Positions 11,396 through 22,683 of a stretch of DNA of 64,000 bases are shown one piece after another. Source of the stretch: Ascoidea asiatica JCM 7603 (lineage: Eukaryota > Fungi > Ascomycota). Location: contig BCKQ01000002.1 of the NCBI GenBank assembly GCA_001600695.1, positions 641,184-705,183 of the forward strand. Reading direction: 5' to 3'. The translations under genes were made by a program, and so were the position numbers. How positions within the stretch are numbered: position 1 is the first letter of the stretch; every line of letters begins with the position of its first letter. The notes beneath the pieces were generated by a model. It ran no database searches. It had not been told where the DNA came from and was given only the letters and a program-made list of their open reading frames with translations.

Positions 11396-13588
11396 ATGAT
11401 TGGCTTTTTAATTTTGAAATACAATGTTTTCTTTCTTATAATATTTTTATTTCAGTTAACTTTATTATCTCTCAAAACTTATGCTTTAACTTTAAAAGAA
11501 GAAGATTCCTCAAATACTAATACTACAAATAATGTAATAAAATTTACATATTCAGGTTCTCAATATGGTAAATCATATATAACTTTATCATTAGGTACTC
11601 CACCTCAAAATTTTAATGTTTCTTTAGATTTTGATTCTGATTATTTATGGGTTGTATCTGATTTAAACCCATATTGTTTTAATTCTTTAAATGTTACTAA
11701 ATTTTTTCAATTAAATCAATTTGCATATGATTCTTCAGATACTATTGTAAATTATTGTTATGAATTTGGTACTTTTAAAGATTGGAATTCAAATTCTTTT
11801 CAATTTCTTTCAGAAATAAATTTTGATCCATTGGCAAATGTAACTTCAAATTTTTCCTCAGATTCCGTTTCAAATTTAAATTTAGGATCTAAAATAAATC
11901 CAATTTTTAATTTAGATACATCTTTTAATTTAAATTCTTCAGATATTACTCGTGCTTCAGGATTATGGGTAAAAGATAATTTATATTTTAATAAAGGTCA
12001 AATAATTTTTCAAAATTTCACATTTGGTTTAGCTTTATCTATTAATGAACCACATGGTAATCTTGGAATTGCATCTTTTAAAAAAACTTCTTCAAAAAAT
12101 TTATTATCATCAACATCTTCAACAAATTTATTAAATTCTTTATATAATCAAAATTTAATTAAAAGAAGAATAATTTCTGAATATTTTAGATATAAATCAT
12201 TAATTGAATTTGATTATCAAGGTGTTGTATTAATTGGTGGTATTGATACTTCTAAATTTATTGGAAATTTAACTACAATTCCAATGATTAATAGATATAA
12301 TCAAGCTGAAATTCCAGATATTAATCATTTAGATGTTTCATTATCTTCTTTTTCAATACAAATAACTAATCAAGTTTTATATAATTTTTTTAATATCTCA
12401 GATGCTAATTTAGTATTTGAATATTGTATAAGTTCTATAAATTCAACTTCTATTCATAATATTCAAAATTCAACTTTTATAAATGTTAATGATAATAATA
12501 TTCAAATTTCAGAAACTAATTTAACTTTAACTTATACTAATAAACTTTATCCAGTTTCTTTTAGTCATGATGGTTCAAAATTTTATTTTCCTCCATTAAT
12601 TTATAAAAATTTTTTTAAATCTTTAGTTTATTTAACTTCATTAGATTCAAATAATTTAAATAATGGAACTTTACCAAGTAATGGAAATTATACAGATTTA
12701 TCAACTGTATTATATGAATTAGGTACAATTTTTCAATTTAATTTATCTGGAATAATTTTAAATTTAACATCATATGATATTGCAATAAATTATAAAGAAA
12801 GTGAATTTTATGTTGATATGAATGATATTCAATATCCTAAAAAATCTGGAATTCCATTTACAAATTTTAATATTAGACCAAATCCAAATGGTGATTTTTT
12901 TATCTTAGGTAATACTATTTTAAATAGATTTTATGCAGTTTATGATTATGATTATAATATGATTAGTATTGGAAATGCAGTTAATGCTCCAGGTCTTGTA
13001 TTTCCAGTAACTGAAGAAGAATGGGATGAACATTATTCAAGTTATCAAGGTTATAATGATACTGATAATGAAAGTAATAATAATAATACAAATTCAAATT
13101 CAAATACAAATTTAGATATTATTCCAATAACTAATAATAATTGGATTTTACCAAGTGCAACAACAAATGAATATTTTCATAATACATTTTTTCAATATAT
13201 TACCACTTACATAAGTACAACAACTGGATCATCAACTTTTATTCAAACTTTTTCAAATTATACAAAATTTTCAACAAGTACTTTAGTTAATATATATTTC
13301 ACAACTCAAATTGGTGTATATCCAATATATACAGAAACTGAAACAGGTAATGGTCCATGGTCATTTACTCTCACCACTACAATCACAGGAGGAACAGATG
13401 AAGTTTTTTCATTTGAAAGAAGTATAAAGCAAAATGGTTTCACTGATGGGTTTAAAGAAAACACTTTAATTGGAAGTAATACATTGTCTTCTTCTTCAGG
13501 TTCATCTAGATTTATAAATATTCCTTCACTAACTTCATTTATATTATTATTTTTTTCTTTACTCATTGGATCTTTGATGCTTCTTTAA
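11396..13588 (+). CDS. Yapsin-like (A1 aspartic protease fold) GPI-anchored cell-surface protein with degenerate catalytic motifs
   Basis: Signal peptide; YITLSLGTPPQNFNV; FGLA...GNLGI; GVVLIGGIDTSKFIGNL; FILGNTILNRFYAVYDYD; S/T-rich stalk; GPI-type hydrophobic C-terminus. Confidence 0.85.
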   Translation: MIGFLILKYNVFFLIIFLFQLTLLSLKTYALTLKEEDSSNTNTTNNVIKFTYSGSQYGKSYITLSLGTPPQNFNVSLDFDSDYLWVVSDLNPYCFNSLNVTKFFQLNQFAYDSSDTIVNYCYEFGTFKDWNSNSFQFLSEINFDPLANVTSNFSSDSVSNLNLGSKINPIFNLDTSFNLNSSDITRASGLWVKDNLYFNKGQIIFQNFTFGLALSINEPHGNLGIASFKKTSSKNLLSSTSSTNLLNSLYNQNLIKRRIISEYFRYKSLIEFDYQGVVLIGGIDTSKFIGNLTTIPMINRYNQAEIPDINHLDVSLSSFSIQITNQVLYNFFNISDANLVFEYCISSINSTSIHNIQNSTFINVNDNNIQISETNLTLTYTNKLYPVSFSHDGSKFYFPPLIYKNFFKSLVYLTSLDSNNLNNGTLPSNGNYTDLSTVLYELGTIFQFNLSGIILNLTSYDIAINYKESEFYVDMNDIQYPKKSGIPFTNFNIRPNPNGDFFILGNTILNRFYAVYDYDYNMISIGNAVNAPGLVFPVTEEEWDEHYSSYQGYNDTDNESNNNNTNSNSNTNLDIIPITNNNWILPSATTNEYFHNTFFQYITTYISTTTGSSTFIQTFSNYTKFSTSTLVNIYFTTQIGVYPIYTETETGNGPWSFTLTTTITGGTDEVFSFERSIKQNGFTDGFKENTLIGSNTLSSSSGSSRFINIPSLTSFILLFFSLLIGSLMLL

Positions 13589-14192
13589 ATCAGCCATCTA
13601 CTTATATTCTATTTTTTTCTCTATTTTTATTTAAGTAATGAAACATGTATAATTATTATAATAACTCTGAATGTGTAAATGTATATGAAAATACGAATAC
13701 AAATAAAATTAAACTGTTTTGAAAGGACCCTTAACTCGGAAGAGAATTCGGAAGTGGTCCGTGGATATCACCGGTCCGAGTGTGTTCAGGTCCGAGTTTT
13801 CTTTTGAGTTCTGAAAACAAAATACAGAATCAAAATCAAGATCAAAATCAGAATCAGAATCTAGCAATAAACATACATTTACATTTATATTTATATTCAC
13901 CAATATAAACATTATCCTTCATCAATCAATCAATTAATCAATCAATTAAAATAATAAAGATAAGAATAGAGATAACTTTTGCAATCTTAAGAATCTTCCA
14001 TATTGCTGTCATTATTGTTTTTGCTCAATTTACAATTGCTTGTTTATTTAAATGGCTTTCCTTTAATTAACATCATTTAGCATAAAAATAAAAAAAAAAA
14101 CTTAATAATAATCATCTTCAATTACAATTTAATCAATCGATCAATCAATCAATCAATTATTCTTAATCACTCAATATTAATCAATCAGTTGA

Positions 14193-17100
14193 ATGTCACT
14201 TTCTGATTCAGATCAAGAAACTCTTCGTCCAGTTGAATCCAATTTAATTGATTTATCTGACGTTGATATTAAAGAAGAAGAAAATTCATTAGAAAAAAAT
14301 AATTTTAAAGATTTTTATAATGAAGAATCAAAAAATCATTTATCTAACTCAAAAAATAATATTATCATAGAAAATATTAATGAAAATGATTTTAATTCAT
14401 TAAAACCAATTGATTTGAAATATTATTTATTAAGATCAATTTCTTTTTCAACTAATGATTTACCTGATGAAGTTCCTGAGAATTATTCTTTAAATACTAA
14501 TCAATTTGCCTTATTAAATCATCTAATTAAATTATTATCCCTATTATCCATAAATGAAACTGAAAATACTCAAACTAATATAATTAAATTGAAAGAGAAT
14601 TATTTATTTACTTTATTTCAAATTATGTTTATTAAATCATCATCATCATCATCATCATCATTATCATTATCATCTAACGCTGATATTAATAATATAAAAA
14701 AAAATGATGAAAATCAAAATTATAGAAAATTTAAATTCAAATTTAAGAATATTATTGAAATTATTACAAAATTATCAAAATTTTTAATGAATTTTAATTG
14801 TAAAAAATTATTGGTTTTTTATCCAATTCAATTTTTCTTTACTGAATTTTTCTTAAATGATTCTTTAATTTATCAAATTTCAGATTTAAATTCTGTTTTA
14901 AAAAAATTATTATTGGATTTATTTAATAATTCTAAAGATAATAATTTTAGTGATGATAATATTGAAATTTCTGAAAAGTTAGAGAGATTTGATAAAAAAT
15001 TATATTCAATTTTTTTAAATTTTTATAAAAAAATATCTTCTGAATTAAATCCAATTAGTACCCAGTTTTTTTTTAATAAAATAACTGAAAATTTAAATTC
15101 TAATAAAATTAATTATATGCCACACTTAATATATTTTTTTTTATCTAATAATGATTTAGAAATAAATTTATATAAGGAAAATGATATTATTAAATATGAT
15201 GATTTATATAATCCACAATCTTTTCAATTTATTAATTTTTTATCATACTTAAGTAATAAATTTGATTCAATTTTAAATTATAATTTAAATAATTCAAAGT
15301 TAACTGATTTAATTGATAATTTAAATAATTTTAATCTTCAATTAATAAAAAAAATTCAAATTTTAAATCAAAAAAATAATAAAATTAATTTAATAAATTA
15401 TATATATATATATGATTTTAATCAATTTAATAAAAAATTAGTTATATTTCCTTCAATTTTATTACTTTATTCTAATTCATCTTTCAAAATTCTAAAGTAT
15501 ATCACTGAATGGATGAAAAATGATCTGAGTAATAAAAAAAAATTAATTGAGTTATTTCAAATTTATAATGATTCAAAAATAATATGTTTTCCAAATAATT
15601 TATTTAAAGGAGATTCAAAAAATTTTTCCTTAAAAAATTTTCAATTAATTCCAAATAATTCAAACATTAATCAAATTGAACAAATTTCATTTCAAAAATT
15701 ATCAATTCAAACTAACAATATACCGAATTTATCAATTTATATTAATAATTATCATTATAATAAGTTTATAATTAAAACATTATCAAAATATCCAAAATTA
15801 TTAAAAGATAAAACCAAAATCATAAATTCAATGATAAATCATTCTTTAAAAAAGAATAAAATATATTTGAATAAAAATGAAATTGAAAATGAAAATGAAA
15901 TTAGTATTGAAAATAATAAAATTATTGGATTGAATATATTTAATAATGAAAATTTAAATTCAAGTAAAAATTCTAAAAAAATAATTATTCATTATTCAGA
16001 TTCAATAAAAATTAAAACTTTTAATGATAAAAATATTTGTGAATTTGAGAAAGAGATTGAAATTGAAGGAAGAATAAGAAAAAAAAATGATTTTTCATTA
16101 TTAAATTATATATTTTGTATTGTTAAAATCAATAAATTTGTATTTTATATCAAATTAGATGAATTTCATGAAAAATTATATAAAATTTGTGAAAATGGAG
16201 TTGAAAATTATTTAAATAATTATTCTTATGATAATTATAATAATAATAATAATAATAATAATTATAAAGAACATAATGGAGTTTATTTTTTATGGAATTC
16301 AATTGATAGCTATTTTAATGATGAAGATATTTTATTAAGATATAAAAATGAAATTAGATTTCCAAGAATTAATAGTATAAATACAAATAAAGATATAATT
16401 TTTAAAAATTATGATTATGAAGTTATTTTTTATAGAATGAATATTAATGATTATGATGATAGAATAGATGATAAATTTTATTCAAAAGAAGAAATTTTAT
16501 TAATAAATAACTTTTTAGAAGATTATTTAATAAATATTCAAATATCCAATGCAATTGATAATTATATTTTCAAAGGTAGTTTTTTCTTTGATATTATAAG
16601 TGAAATTACAAATAATCTTAAAAAAAATTACAAAAATTACAAAACTTATAAAAGTTATAAAAGTTATAAAAGTTATAAAAGTTATAAAAATAATAAAAAT
16701 AAAAATTATTTTGAATTTTGGGAAATTGATTTATATAATGAAGAATTTGATAATAATTTGAAAGAAAAAGAAAAAAAAGAAAAAGAACAAAAAAAGGGAT
16801 ATTCAATTGATGATAATATAGTTTATAATGAAAATGAGATTATTAAAAGATTTGAAATTATTAAAGAACTTATAATTTCAGAAACTTTCAATGAAGAAAT
16901 TGATGCCCAAATTGATAAATCTTTTAATTTATTATTATTTAGTAATAGATTGAAAATTAATTATTGGTTAAATATTATACAAATAATTTTATATTCAAGT
17001 GAAAAAGTTGTTGAAATTGGAAATTTTAATAATATTTTATTATGCTATTTTTCATTAACAGAAAATCATAAATTATTAAATAAAAATATTAAAACAGTAT

Positions 17101-17357
17101 TTGATAAATATAATAGAACAGATAAAATTAAAATTTATTCATTTTTAAAGGATAATTATTCAAAAGTTTTAGAAAATTATTATAAATTAATGAGTGACTA
17201 TGATATTGATAAGATAATTATAAATAAAAATAAAGTCTTATTAAAAAAAGATAAATTATTACTTTCTAAAGAACAAGTACAAATAACTGAACAATTAATC
17301 TCAGATATTAATTGGAAACTTTTTATTATGAGAACAAAAAACTTGCTCAAAGGTTAA
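14193..17357 (+). CDS. Uncharacterised 1054-aa protein, possibly with a degenerate USP-like domain
   Basis: Long ORF with codon usage like its neighbours; weak ordered resemblance to USP-domain segments (see findings). Confidence 0.7.
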   Translation: MSLSDSDQETLRPVESNLIDLSDVDIKEEENSLEKNNFKDFYNEESKNHLSNSKNNIIIENINENDFNSLKPIDLKYYLLRSISFSTNDLPDEVPENYSLNTNQFALLNHLIKLLSLLSINETENTQTNIIKLKENYLFTLFQIMFIKSSSSSSSSLSLSSNADINNIKKNDENQNYRKFKFKFKNIIEIITKLSKFLMNFNCKKLLVFYPIQFFFTEFFLNDSLIYQISDLNSVLKKLLLDLFNNSKDNNFSDDNIEISEKLERFDKKLYSIFLNFYKKISSELNPISTQFFFNKITENLNSNKINYMPHLIYFFLSNNDLEINLYKENDIIKYDDLYNPQSFQFINFLSYLSNKFDSILNYNLNNSKLTDLIDNLNNFNLQLIKKIQILNQKNNKINLINYIYIYDFNQFNKKLVIFPSILLLYSNSSFKILKYITEWMKNDLSNKKKLIELFQIYNDSKIICFPNNLFKGDSKNFSLKNFQLIPNNSNINQIEQISFQKLSIQTNNIPNLSIYINNYHYNKFIIKTLSKYPKLLKDKTKIINSMINHSLKKNKIYLNKNEIENENEISIENNKIIGLNIFNNENLNSSKNSKKIIIHYSDSIKIKTFNDKNICEFEKEIEIEGRIRKKNDFSLLNYIFCIVKINKFVFYIKLDEFHEKLYKICENGVENYLNNYSYDNYNNNNNNNNYKEHNGVYFLWNSIDSYFNDEDILLRYKNEIRFPRINSINTNKDIIFKNYDYEVIFYRMNINDYDDRIDDKFYSKEEILLINNFLEDYLINIQISNAIDNYIFKGSFFFDIISEITNNLKKNYKNYKTYKSYKSYKSYKSYKNNKNKNYFEFWEIDLYNEEFDNNLKEKEKKEKEQKKGYSIDDNIVYNENEIIKRFEIIKELIISETFNEEIDAQIDKSFNLLLFSNRLKINYWLNIIQIILYSSEKVVEIGNFNNILLCYFSLTENHKLLNKNIKTVFDKYNRTDKIKIYSFLKDNYSKVLENYYKLMSDYDIDKIIINKNKVLLKKDKLLLSKEQVQITEQLISDINWKLFIMRTKNLLKG

Positions 17358-17799
17358 GTAGAATTACTAATTATTCTCATTAGAATATTGTAAAGATTTA
17401 GATATAAATAAAGATTGAATATAAAATAAAGATTGAATAAATGAAGTTAAATGAGATAAAAATATTGTAGAACTCCACAGAACCGAATTGGATTGGAAAA
17501 TGTGGGGGTACTTCCGTTGTCACACGGAAGAAAAAACCTGAACTGGATGTAAACGGATATGCACGTATTACAGCCGGACGGATATGGAATTTTAATTCGG
17601 ATTTCATTACCGGTTTTTGTCCGGTTTTTGTTTTGATTTCGAAGGAAATTAAAAAAAGCTTTGAAGTTTTTGGTGTTTTTGGTGTTTTTGGTGTTTTTGG
17701 TGATTTTGGTGATTTTGAGGTGATTCATCAGGAAGAATCAATGGAAATAGATGATAAAGAAGAGTAAATAGTTCAAAAACATTCTTATTTATAATTACA

Positions 17800-18888
17800 A
17801 TGTCAAGCTCAGTGTCTCCAAATGTGAAACTGGATACTTCAATGGAAGATATCAAAGGTCTTTATAAAGATAAAGAAAAAGAAAAAGAAAAAGAATATAT
17901 ATCTTCAATTCAATTATCAAGACCATTTTTAACTACAAATCAAATTAAATATTGTCAATCAAAGACTATTGATTCATATAGAGTTTATAAACAAAGAATG
18001 TCTCATGTTTTAAATCTTTATATTCAAATTTCAAAAACTTTAAAATTTCCAACAAGAACAATTGAAACTGCAATGTTATTTTATAAAAAATATTATTTAT
18101 TTAATAAATTTATTATTAATCAACATTTAAATATAGCAATATGTTCATTATATATATCAACAAAAATTGAAGATACTATAAAAAAATTAAAAGATATAAT
18201 TTTAATTTCAAATCCTTTATGTCATAAATCAAATTCAATAGAATCTATAGAAATTGATAGAAAATTAATTTTAAATTTTGAAAAAAATTTATTAGAAACA
18301 AATTCTTTTGATTTTAGAACATTTCATGCTTATGAATATTTAATAAAATTTTCAAAATTTTTTAAAATTAATAAAAAAATTTCATTTATTTCTTGGATAA
18401 TTTTATATGATTCATTTCAAACTGAAATTTCTTTAAAAATTCCACCTCATGGTATAGCTTTAGCATGTTTAATACTTGCAATAAAAAATAAACCTGAAAT
18501 AGAAAATAATGATGATAAATCATTGAAGAAACGACAGAAACTTGAAAATGAAAAAATAGATGATGAATTAATTTCATATATTTTTAAAATTTCAGAAAAT
18601 AAATTTTATTGTAATAAGATTTTTATAAATGAAGCATTATTTGAACTTTTAGATTTATATATTAATAATTATAATTTTAGTTATTTAGTTAATTTTAATT
18701 CATCAAATTTTAAAATGATTGAATTTAAAGTATCTTTAAATAATTATGAAAGATTAAATGAAAATTCTATACAATCAATTTCAAAAGATCATTATTTTTC
18801 AATTAAAGATTATTCTATAAGTAATAAAGGTTTAGCAAGATATATGTTAGGTAATTATAAAAAAAGATTTTTATCAGAAATTGAATAA
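17800..18888 (+). CDS. CTK2: CTD kinase I cyclin subunit (cyclin K-like)
   Basis: SRPFLT..QI, LKFPTRTIETAMLFYKKYYLFN, KIEDTIKKL and FEKNLLETNSFDFR cyclin-box motifs resemble yeast Ctk2. Confidence 0.88.
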   Translation: MSSSVSPNVKLDTSMEDIKGLYKDKEKEKEKEYISSIQLSRPFLTTNQIKYCQSKTIDSYRVYKQRMSHVLNLYIQISKTLKFPTRTIETAMLFYKKYYLFNKFIINQHLNIAICSLYISTKIEDTIKKLKDIILISNPLCHKSNSIESIEIDRKLILNFEKNLLETNSFDFRTFHAYEYLIKFSKFFKINKKISFISWIILYDSFQTEISLKIPPHGIALACLILAIKNKPEIENNDDKSLKKRQKLENEKIDDELISYIFKISENKFYCNKIFINEALFELLDLYINNYNFSYLVNFNSSNFKMIEFKVSLNNYERLNENSIQSISKDHYFSIKDYSISNKGLARYMLGNYKKRFLSEIE

Positions 18889-18970
18889 AAAAAAAAAAAA
18901 AATTAATATATAAAATATAGTATATAAGAATATATATATATATATATATATAAGAATATATATTAGTATA

Positions 18971-19601
18971 TCATTTATCAATTTTAAGACTAAAATCTAT
19001 AACATTTGCACCTTGATGAATTGAACTTGTTGAATAAATATCAATTTCATTACATAAATAATTATCAATATTATTTAAAGTTAAACCTCCAGAACATTCT
19101 AATAAAAAAGATTTATTTGAATTTAACCAATTTTTTCTTAAATTTATTGCACAATTTTTTAAATCATTACCATTAAAATTATCTAACATAATAATATCAG
19201 CACCAGAATTTATAGCTTCATTTGCTTCAATTTCACTTTGAACTTCAACTTCAATTTTTATTGAAAAACCACCAACATTTCTTGCATTTTTTATAGCATT
19301 TGAAATTGAACCAATTGACCAAATATGATTATCTTTTAACATTATCATTGAAGATAAATCATATCTATGAGAATCACAACCACCAATTAACATTGAATAT
19401 TTTTCAGGTAATCTTAAACCTGGAGTTGTTTTTCTTGTACCTGCAATAATACCTTTATAACCTAATTTTTTTGCTTTTTTAATAATATTAAAAGATTTTG
19501 TTGAAATTCCTGAACATCTTGATAAAATATTTAAAGATAATCTTTCAGCTAATAAAATATTTCTAACAGGACCAATAATTTCTGCAATAATAATTTTTTT
19601 A

Positions 19602-19647
<46 letters not shown>

Positions 19648-19930
19648 CATTTGGATTTAAATATATACCATCATTATAAAAAAATTTAAAATTTTTTATA
19701 TTACATTGATTAAAAATTTCTTTAACAAATGGTAAACCAGATAATATACATTCTTGTTTACAATATAATTTAGCAGATTTAATATCATTACCAACTACAT
19801 AACCAGAATAATCAAAACTTGAAACATCTTCAGATAACCAATTAGTTACATCTTGTTTCCATTTACCATTAATTGGTAGTAAATGTTCATAATTCAAATC
19901 AGTTTTATTAATTTCATTCATTTCATTCAT
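18971..19930 (-). CDS. BNA6: Quinolinate phosphoribosyltransferase (nicotinate-nucleotide pyrophosphorylase)
   Basis: [37 protein letters not shown] and ECSGG motifs. Confidence 0.97.
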
Positions 19931-20373
19931 TTCAAAGATATTCTTTTGGGTATTACTTATTTCTTGAATACTTCTAAAGATAATTCTATTAATATTTTAA
20001 TCTTTATATCATCTCTTCATTTCTTCATCTCTTCATCTCTTCATCTCATTTCTTGTCATCGAATCATTTTACAATTCAAAAGCTGAGAGTTTAAAAACAG
20101 GAAACGACCAAGGTTTTACCTAATGCGGAAACAGCCGACCGGGGAAGTTGTGAAACATGGGGTAGCACGTGAAATCCAGTAGTTTTTGAGCCGGACACCC
20201 TCGGAACTTGTTTTTCATTTCAAAAAAATATTTTTTGTGTTTGTGAAAGAATTGAAAAGAAATGAAAAGAAATGAAGAAATTGAAGAAATTGAAGAAATT
20301 GAAGAGAATGAAGAGAGTGAAGCGATAGATAACAGTGAGAAGAGAGAGAAGAGATAACAGAGTGAGAAGAGAG

Positions 20374-21543
20374 ATGGGAGAAGAGTGGGAGAAGAAGAGA
20401 TATGTGGCAAAGAGTGGAGACAGTTCATTACCACCTCAATTAGATAAAAGTGTTGATGATATTATAAAAGAGTTGAATAATTCACCATTTTTTATGAATG
20501 AATTTAATGAAAATGAATTTAATAATAATGAAGATAAAGATAATTTACAAATAGAAGCATTAAAGGCTTTAGTTTATGAAGGAGATATTAATGAAGTTAG
20601 TTTAAATTTTAAAAATCAAGGTAATAAATGTTTTAAAATTAAAGATTATAAAAATGCAAAAATTTATTATTCTAAAGGTATAGATAATTATTTTAATAAT
20701 AATAAGAATTTAGAAGAAAAAGTTGAGATAGATAATAAGATATTAATTAGTTTATATTTGAATAGATCAATAGTTAATTATAATTTAAAAAATTATAGAA
20801 AATCAATTAATGATTCAAAAGAAGTTTTAAAATTAGATTATAAAAATATTAAAGGATATTATAGACTTGGATTAAATTATTTAATTTTAAATAAATTAAA
20901 AGAATGTAATGAATTAATAAATTTTGTTAAAGATAAAATAAAATTAATTAATGAAAATGATTTAAAAAATTTAAAATTTTTAGAAAATAAAATTAATGAA
21001 AATTTATTAAAAAATGAAAAAAATTTAAATTTAAAAATTAAAATTTCAAATAATTTAAAAAATTCAATAATTTTAAGAAATATAAAATTAATGAAAAAAA
21101 ATGAATCAAGAGATAATGAATATATAAATTATGAAGAATATTTTAATAATATAAATTTAAAATTTGAATTTTATTTAGAAAATAAATTTGATATTTATTC
21201 ACAATTAATTTTTCCAGTTATTATAATTTATCCAATAATTAAAAAAATTGAAATTATTGAAAAATTTAGTGAATTATCAACAGGTGATGAATTAATTAAT
21301 TTATTAAATTTAAATAATTTAAATAATTTAAATAATTTAAATAATTTAAATAATTTAGATAAATTTGAAATTTATATGGAAACTGATAAAGGTGGATTAA
21401 TTAAATTAGGTAAAAAAATTAATATTTCTCAAGTTTTACAACAAAATTCACCAAAAATTCCAATATTTGATGGATTTTTAAAAATTTATTTAATTAAAAA
21501 AAGTGAAAGAGATGAATTTATTAAAAATTGGAAAAGTTATTAA
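20374..21543 (+). CDS. CNS1: TPR co-chaperone of Hsp70/Hsp90 (Cns1/TTC4); first ATG at 20374
   Basis: LPPQL, ELNNSPFFM, LQIEALKALVYEG, NFKNQGN TPR start; C-terminal wheel-domain motifs LIFPVIIIYP and YMETDKGGLIKLGKK. Confidence 0.9.
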   Translation: MGEEWEKKRYVAKSGDSSLPPQLDKSVDDIIKELNNSPFFMNEFNENEFNNNEDKDNLQIEALKALVYEGDINEVSLNFKNQGNKCFKIKDYKNAKIYYSKGIDNYFNNNKNLEEKVEIDNKILISLYLNRSIVNYNLKNYRKSINDSKEVLKLDYKNIKGYYRLGLNYLILNKLKECNELINFVKDKIKLINENDLKNLKFLENKINENLLKNEKNLNLKIKISNNLKNSIILRNIKLMKKNESRDNEYINYEEYFNNINLKFEFYLENKFDIYSQLIFPVIIIYPIIKKIEIIEKFSELSTGDELINLLNLNNLNNLNNLNNLNNLDKFEIYMETDKGGLIKLGKKINISQVLQQNSPKIPIFDGFLKIYLIKKSERDEFIKNWKSY

Positions 21544-21697
21544 TATTATTATTTAATACTTAATATTTAATACTTAATACTTTAAATAGACTAAATTATA
21601 TAGTAAAATATTATAAAAAAAAACAATAAACGATAAAATCAATTAAAAAACAATAAACTATTATTTAACATTCTAGATATAAGTAAAAAAAAAGAAA

Positions 21698-21795
21698 TGC
21701 TCTGGGGGAGGCTCGAACTCCCGGCCTTCAGCACACCCACAGCACTGGTAGTATTGTTATGAGGCTGACGCTCTAGCCAACTGAGCCACCAAAGC
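21698..21795 (-). tRNA. Elongator tRNA-Met(CAT) with 24-nt intron
   Basis: Cloverleaf: acceptor GCTTTGG/CCAGAGC+A; D stem GCTC/GAGC; anticodon stem TCAGC/GCTGA with CAT; T arm GGGAG-TTCGAGC-CTCCC. Intron TGTGGG pairs with CTCATA; T-run terminator follows. Confidence 0.95.
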
Positions 21796-22068
21796 CAGTT
21801 TCTGTTTTTTTGTGTTTTCTGATTCAACACACAGAACTGAACGAGCTTTAGTATGGTGTCACGTGCCGGTGACATTTCCTCTTTGAATCTGAATCTGAAT
21901 CTGAATTTGAATTTGAATTTGAAGGAGTTTGAATTTGGATCTTTGCAGAGAAGCAGAAGAAGAAGCAGAAGAAGAAGAATCAAAAGAAGCATAAGATATA
22001 TTTGAATTACTTTCATTTACAGTCAGTACAAACCTATATCAGACTACTTCTTATAACACATAATCAAA

Positions 22069-22433
22069 ATGTCGACAAATAACAAGAATTTCAAATTGTA
22101 AGTACTCATTCAAGTCAATTATTCCTTCTCAATCATCATCAGTTAAGAAACTAACAAATAGTTATATAATATATATTTTAAAGTGCTCCTCCTTCTTCAT
22201 ATCAAAATACAAGAACTTGGAAAATGAGTCCAGCAATGCTTAGAGCAAGAGCTCCATTTTTTTGGAAAAATGCTGCTGCATTCTCAATATTAACTGCTAT
22301 TACTGGTGGTATATATCTTTATACTTATAAATTCTTAAGTTCTGATGATTTTGCTGATATTCCAATACCTCCAATAAGTGATGAAGATTTAAAAAAATTA
22401 AAAGAAGAATATGAATCTGATAAAAAAATTTAA
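22069..22433 (+). CDS. COA3: Cytochrome c oxidase assembly factor 3; 2 exons: 22069-22097 and 22184-22433
   Basis: Spliced product [36 protein letters not shown]...[11 protein letters not shown] matches yeast Coa3 (YQDTRTWKMTPAMIRARKPFF...DFADVPIPPI). Intron GTAAGT (22098)...ACTAAC...AAG (22183). Confidence 0.92.
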
Positions 22434-22683
22434 AAATTTAATTTATTTATTTATTTATTTATATTAAAAATAAGTAAAATAATTTTAGATTTTATCAATT
22501 TACTATATTATTTTTGTAAATAGTTCTAATATCTAATAATTCATGTATTTTATGATAATATATTGTATCTCATACACTAATATCATCTATTCATCTAATC
22601 ATCTATTCATCTATTCATACTTATCTAACTGTCTATTTGTCTATATCTATCCCTATCTCTATATATATATATATATATAAAAA

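Noticed and set aside
21639-22016. 125-aa minus-strand ORF
   Set aside because: Runs through the tRNA-Met gene and promoter microsatellites.
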